Source: an uncultured Bacilli bacterium (lineage in GTDB: Bacteria; Bacillota_I; Bacilli_A; RF39; UBA660). Taken from it: a stretch of 38,104 nucleotides of DNA. The translations under genes and the position numbers were made by a program. Where the stretch lies: positions 1 through 38,104 of the forward strand of contig CALVYM010000002.1 in assembly GCA_944372205.1 (NCBI GenBank). The letters run 5' to 3'. Of this stretch, positions 35,025 to 38,104 are shown one piece after another (positions within the stretch are counted from its first letter, which is position 1; every line of letters starts with the position of its first letter). Below the pieces are notes generated by a model that saw only the letters and a list, made by a program, of their open reading frames with translations, had not been told where the DNA came from and ran no database searches.

Positions 35025-35219
35025 ATGAATGGTTATGATGGTACATTTACTGCTGTAATGATACCTGGTGGAGATCTTTACAGAAATAGGAATGTGGTTG
35101 ATACACCAAATAATGAAATACATATTACTTTTGATGATGATGATGTAGTATATCAAGAACCTCAATATACCAATGGAGAATGGGAATTTGGTTCTATTAC
35201 TTACTATAAATCAAATTAA
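35025..35219 (+). CDS. Small hypothetical protein (64 aa)
   Basis: ATG 35025 downstream of AAAGGTGG; the track's GTG at 35010 lies inside the RBS. No motif recognised. Confidence 0.45.
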   Translation: MNGYDGTFTAVMIPGGDLYRNRNVVDTPNNEIHITFDDDDVVYQEPQYTNGEWEFGSITYYKSN

Positions 35220-35264
35220 AATTTTTAATGTAAAACCAATACTGATAAATCATCAGTAAAATAA

Positions 35265-35293
35265 TTGACAATATCCAATATTTTTGGTATGAT
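35265..35293 (+). promoter_or_regulatory. Near-consensus sigma-A promoter TTGACA-17-TATGAT
   Basis: TTGACA 35265-35270, 17-bp spacer ending in TGG, TATGAT 35288-35293. Confidence 0.7.
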
Positions 35294-35297
35294 ATAT

Positions 35298-35366
35298 ACA
35301 TCAGTTAATTAAGCGGTGCCTATTAGCTGATGTAGTAATAGGACAGCTTGTACAGTGTCCTTTTTT
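35298..35366 (+). promoter_or_regulatory. Attenuator-like leader: three mutually exclusive helices ending in a terminator-like hairpin plus T6
   Basis: - P1: ACATCAGTTAAT (35298-35309) pairs with ATTAGCTGATGT (35322-35333).
- Alternative helix: CCTATTA (35319-35325) pairs with TAATAGG (35336-35342).
- Terminator-like hairpin: GGACA (35341-35345) pairs with TGTCC (35356-35360), followed by TTTTTT. Confidence 0.4.
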
Positions 35367-35401
35367 CTTTTGTTTGTTTTTAATAAAAGGGAGTTGTTAT
35401 T

Positions 35402-35440
35402 ATGTTAGTAAATTTTTATTTTGAGTGTGATAACAGATGA
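35402..35440 (+). CDS. 12-codon upstream ORF (MLVNFYFECDNR) coupled to the next gene
   Basis: AAGGGAG lies 8 nt upstream of ATG 35402. Its TGA overlaps the ATG of the 288-aa gene (ATGA at 35437-35440), which has no SD of its own. Confidence 0.45.
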   Translation: MLVNFYFECDNR

Positions 35441-36303
35441 AATTGTTAGGTAATATTAATATGTTTATAAAAAAGCATATTTTAGTTACTTCAATAATAG
35501 TTTTATTAATAATTGCTATTGTTGTGGTATCTCTATTATTATTTAATAAGCCTAAAACTAATATTGAGCTATATGATGACTTAAATTTAGAAATAAACAG
35601 TGAAGTATATTTATTATCTTTAATAAAAAGAGTGGATAATGGAGAGTTACTAACAGAGAATATAAGAGTTGATACTTCTACTCTAGGTGAGCAACAAATA
35701 AATATTAAATATATTAATGAGTTTGGTAATGAAGAAGAATATAATTTTGAGGTTAATATAGTAGATACTACTAAACCAATTATAGAATTTGAAAGTGAGT
35801 TATCTACAACTATTGGAAATGAAATAAATTTATTAGAAAGAGTGCAAGTGAGTGATAATTCTTTAGAAGAATTAAGTGTAAATGTAAGTGGAGATTATGA
35901 TTTTAATGTTGTAGGAATATATAATTTGAAATATGTTGTTACTGATAGTAGTGGTAATACTACCGAGGAAGAATTTATTTTAAAAGTAAACAATGCTACT
36001 ATAAAATATAAGGGATATTATGCTCATTCTTCTTCTACTCTATCAGGAAGTTATCAGTTTAAAAATGATGGTACATTCCGTTTTGTATATCAATATTGTG
36101 ATTTTGGTGTTGCTTGTGGTGGCGATTATCAAACGGGTATTTATGAAATAAAAGGAAATAAAATTCTTGCAACAACTACAACTATTTATGATGAAATGGG
36201 AGAGCCATTATCTTATCATTACGAATTTGAATTTGTGATAATAAATGAAAATAAAATAACTACTAATGGTAATGAATTTAATTATAGAACGGAATTATAT
36301 TAA
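35437..36303 (+). CDS. Membrane-anchored protein with Ig-like (DUF5011-type) domain
   Basis: N-terminal TM anchor. DTTKPIIEF...VSDNS...VNVSGDYDFNVVGIYNLKYVVTDSSGNTTEEEFILKV is typical of the bacterial Ig-like DUF5011 domain. The C-terminal ~100 aa are unassigned. Confidence 0.6.
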   Translation: MKLLGNINMFIKKHILVTSIIVLLIIAIVVVSLLLFNKPKTNIELYDDLNLEINSEVYLLSLIKRVDNGELLTENIRVDTSTLGEQQINIKYINEFGNEEEYNFEVNIVDTTKPIIEFESELSTTIGNEINLLERVQVSDNSLEELSVNVSGDYDFNVVGIYNLKYVVTDSSGNTTEEEFILKVNNATIKYKGYYAHSSSTLSGSYQFKNDGTFRFVYQYCDFGVACGGDYQTGIYEIKGNKILATTTTIYDEMGEPLSYHYEFEFVIINENKITTNGNEFNYRTELY

Positions 36304-36322
36304 GATTGGAGCGTGAGTAAAA

Positions 36323-37342
36323 ATGAAAATATTAATTGGTATTGTAGAGTTTATTAAAATCCATATTGTTATTAGTACAGTTGTTGCTATAGTTGTTGTA
36401 GGTGGTACTACTTCTGCTATTATACTCTATAATTTAAATAATAATGATAATAGTAGTCAAATTGAAGATAATAATAATCAAGTTGAGGAAGAAAAAACAG
36501 AGGAACAAGATCAAGGGCAAACTAATACTTGTGAAGAAAATTATATTTTGAATGAAAATGGTGAATGTGTAGAAATTGAAAATGAAGAAAATATAGAAGA
36601 TGTAGAAGATAACTCTAATAATCAAAATACTACAGGAAATACTGGGGATAATAGTAATAATAATACTCAAAATAATAGTACTTCTAATAATAATAATAAT
36701 CAAAATACATCATCAGAGAATAATGACAATAACCAAAATACTTCATCTGATAATAGTAATCAAGATGACAATTCTTCAAATAATAATGATAATAATTCGG
36801 ATAATGAAAATGAAGAAGACTTGCATGCAGGCATGATAAATTTAAATGAAAATGTTAAGTATAAAATTGCAACTCTCGAATGTGGTGAATATATGTATAT
36901 AAATCCTGTTTGTATTAATAAATCAGTTGGCGAATTAAAAACAATGTTTCCTGATTATAATAAATCATTTTTTGAATATAATGAAGATTTTTATCCAGAC
37001 TCTTATATATATACTTCTTCACAATTATATGGTGGAGCTCATATGTTAGTCGATGCTTTTCCTGATTGTAGGATGGATATACCAGTTAATATTCAAAACG
37101 AAATAAAAAATTTGAAAAGTAAAGGAATTATATATAATGTTTCTAATAAAAAAGTTGAACCACAATGGATTTATTTTGAGGAATCTAAATATAACGATTT
37201 TACTGATAACAGGTCTACAATTCTAGGAAGATTTGGGTTATTTGACAATGCTGCTTGTGGAAGTGGTGATCCTATTTTATTTTCAGATATATTAGATGAA
37301 AAAATTTGTGAAGAATATAACTTATCTTGTGGTAGATGGTAG
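36323..37342 (+). CDS. Membrane-anchored protein with long N/D/S/Q-rich low-complexity linker and Cys-containing C-terminal domain
   Basis: N-terminal TM anchor, about 130 aa of N/D/S-rich sequence (nt ~36440-36830) and a globular C-terminus. RBS GGAGCGTGAG. Confidence 0.55.
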   Translation: MKILIGIVEFIKIHIVISTVVAIVVVGGTTSAIILYNLNNNDNSSQIEDNNNQVEEEKTEEQDQGQTNTCEENYILNENGECVEIENEENIEDVEDNSNNQNTTGNTGDNSNNNTQNNSTSNNNNNQNTSSENNDNNQNTSSDNSNQDDNSSNNNDNNSDNENEEDLHAGMINLNENVKYKIATLECGEYMYINPVCINKSVGELKTMFPDYNKSFFEYNEDFYPDSYIYTSSQLYGGAHMLVDAFPDCRMDIPVNIQNEIKNLKSKGIIYNVSNKKVEPQWIYFEESKYNDFTDNRSTILGRFGLFDNAACGSGDPILFSDILDEKICEEYNLSCGRW

Positions 37343-37353
37343 GATAAAGTAAG

Positions 37354-37379
37354 GGTAGAACAACTAACTCTACTCTTTT
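37354..37379 (+). terminator. Rho-independent terminator
   Basis: GGTAGA / TCTACT (one G-T pair) with a 9-nt loop, followed by TTTTT. Confidence 0.5.
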
Positions 37380-37382
37380 TAA

Positions 37383-37411
37383 TTGCCACTTATTAACTAT
37401 TTATATATAAT
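37383..37411 (+). promoter_or_regulatory. Sigma-A promoter TTGCCA-17-TATAAT
   Basis: TTGCCA 37383-37388, 17-bp spacer, TATAAT 37406-37411. Confidence 0.65.
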
Positions 37412-37429
37412 CAGTTCGAGGTGAAGAAT

Positions 37430-37789
37430 ATGGGAAATAAAGGTAAAATACTTCAATTAGTTGATGGAGAAGAATTAACTATCATAGGTCCTAATAACAA
37501 AAGTAACTTGAGAATTGTTTGTAATGATAATACTTTAGTAGTTGAAGAACAGATTAATCAACATCTAACTCCGAATATACAAATTAATAATGTTAGTTTT
37601 GCTGATATAAAGAGATTTGTGTTATTTGAAAGTTATTATCAAAATGCTGTTGGCGAAGATATAAACGATGAATTAAAAAATGAAAATAATAAGATTATGG
37701 ACTATCATATGGATAGAATTTATGGTAAAAATAATAAGGAATTAGAAATAGTAGATACTGATTTTCAATGTATTAACTATTATGAATAA
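37430..37789 (+). CDS. Small hypothetical protein (119 aa)
   Basis: ATG 37430 lies 7 nt after GAGGTG; the track's GTG at 37421 lies inside the RBS. No motif recognised. Confidence 0.5.
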   Translation: MGNKGKILQLVDGEELTIIGPNNKSNLRIVCNDNTLVVEEQINQHLTPNIQINNVSFADIKRFVLFESYYQNAVGEDINDELKNENNKIMDYHMDRIYGKNNKELEIVDTDFQCINYYE

Positions 37790-38021
37790 TTTAGGATTAA
37801 AACAGCTAACAGAAGAAGAAATTAATAAGAATCGAGTTAATACTATTAATCAATATAGAATATTACAGTACTTAAAAAATAATCTTAATATTTATGCTTT
37901 TAAAGTTTATTTATATTCATGTGATATTATTATGGTAGTTGATATAAAAAATATGGTTGGATATTTTTATTATGATAGTATTAAAAAAGAAGTAGTTTTT
38001 TTAGAAGAAATAAAAAAATAG
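37782..38021 (+). CDS. Small hypothetical protein (79 aa), translationally coupled
   Basis: The ATG overlaps the upstream stop (ATGAATAA). No motif recognised. Confidence 0.45.
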   Translation: MNNLGLKQLTEEEINKNRVNTINQYRILQYLKNNLNIYAFKVYLYSCDIIMVVDIKNMVGYFYYDSIKKEVVFLEEIKK

Positions 38022-38030
38022 AGCTAGGCT

Positions 38031-38104
38031 CTATTCTTCTAATAACCAACTGAATTTTTCATCAAATTCATCTTTAATATCTCCAAATGTAGTTAGATTA
38101 TTTT
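38031..38104 (-). CDS. 3' end of a minus-strand gene running off the window
   Basis: The minus strand reads ...NNLTTFGDIKDEFDEKFSWLLEE then TAG (plus-strand CTA at 38031-38033). A hairpin AATAGAGC-TAG-GCTCTATT sits between the convergent genes. Confidence 0.4.
   Translation of the reverse strand, partial: NNLTTFGDIKDEFDEKFSWLLEE

Noticed and set aside
36440-36830. AAT/GAT/AGT-rich repetitive DNA as a possible tandem repeat, CRISPR-like array or phase-variable tract
   Set aside because: There is no regular unit length and no repeat-spacer structure. It is in frame and encodes an N/D/S-rich low-complexity linker within a single long ORF.
1-38104. Alternative genetic code (TGA read as Trp, as in Mollicutes), considered because of the extreme AT richness
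   Set aside because: TGA functions as a stop at several tightly coupled ATGA junctions (613-615, 15993-15995, 35438-35440). Standard-code ORFs also tile the window with intact conserved domains.

Overview
This is a very AT-rich, gene-dense segment, almost entirely plus-strand, and looks like the chromosome of a low-GC Firmicutes/Erysipelotrichia-like bacterium. The standard code applies, because TGA acts as a stop in several ATGA start/stop overlaps.

Bases 1-25,400 carry mostly recognisable housekeeping and accessory genes:
- a two-component system (response regulator cut by the window edge) and an ABC exporter pair
- ogt, a minimal sufC/sufBD pair, a CDF metal exporter, flavodoxin and dgkA
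- an LRR protein and an HExxH protein
- a copA-copZ cassette, an MBL hydrolase and an extracytoplasmic rhodanese/thioredoxin-like cluster
- rarA, a frameshifted yjbR-like gene, a DnaQ-like exonuclease, a GNAT and a transglutaminase-like surface protein

Bases 25,480-32,734 are the most unusual part. A tightly coupled operon opens with a ClpX-paralog AAA+ unfoldase that keeps the GYVG pore loop and an IGF tripeptide at the position of the ClpP-docking loop but lacks the zinc-finger N-domain. Four orphan, mostly helical proteins follow. One has a RelE/ParE-like C-terminal signature, and two have mTERF-like helical repeats. An HD phosphohydrolase and a COG3323 PII-like protein close the operon. 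A two-gene module follows at 32,853-34,644, pairing a truncated DnaB C-terminal RecA-like ATPase with a PD-(D/E)xK nuclease.

A 46-nt 3' remnant of tRNA-Gly(GCC) at 34,719-34,764 (minus strand) marks a probable integration junction. The DNA to its right encodes only orphan membrane-anchored or small proteins with strong promoters.

Other non-coding signals:
- three promoters share an ACTTAAAGT dyad, two of them with a MerR-style 19-bp spacer
- inverted tandem TTGTCGAA octamers bracket the cop cassette
- a roughly 230-nt GC-enriched structured RNA candidate lies downstream of copZ
- an attenuator-like leader plus a 12-codon uORF precedes the gene at 35,437

No CRISPR array, rRNA, intact tRNA, transposase or integrase is visible. 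All functional calls rest on motif recognition by eye; no database search was run.
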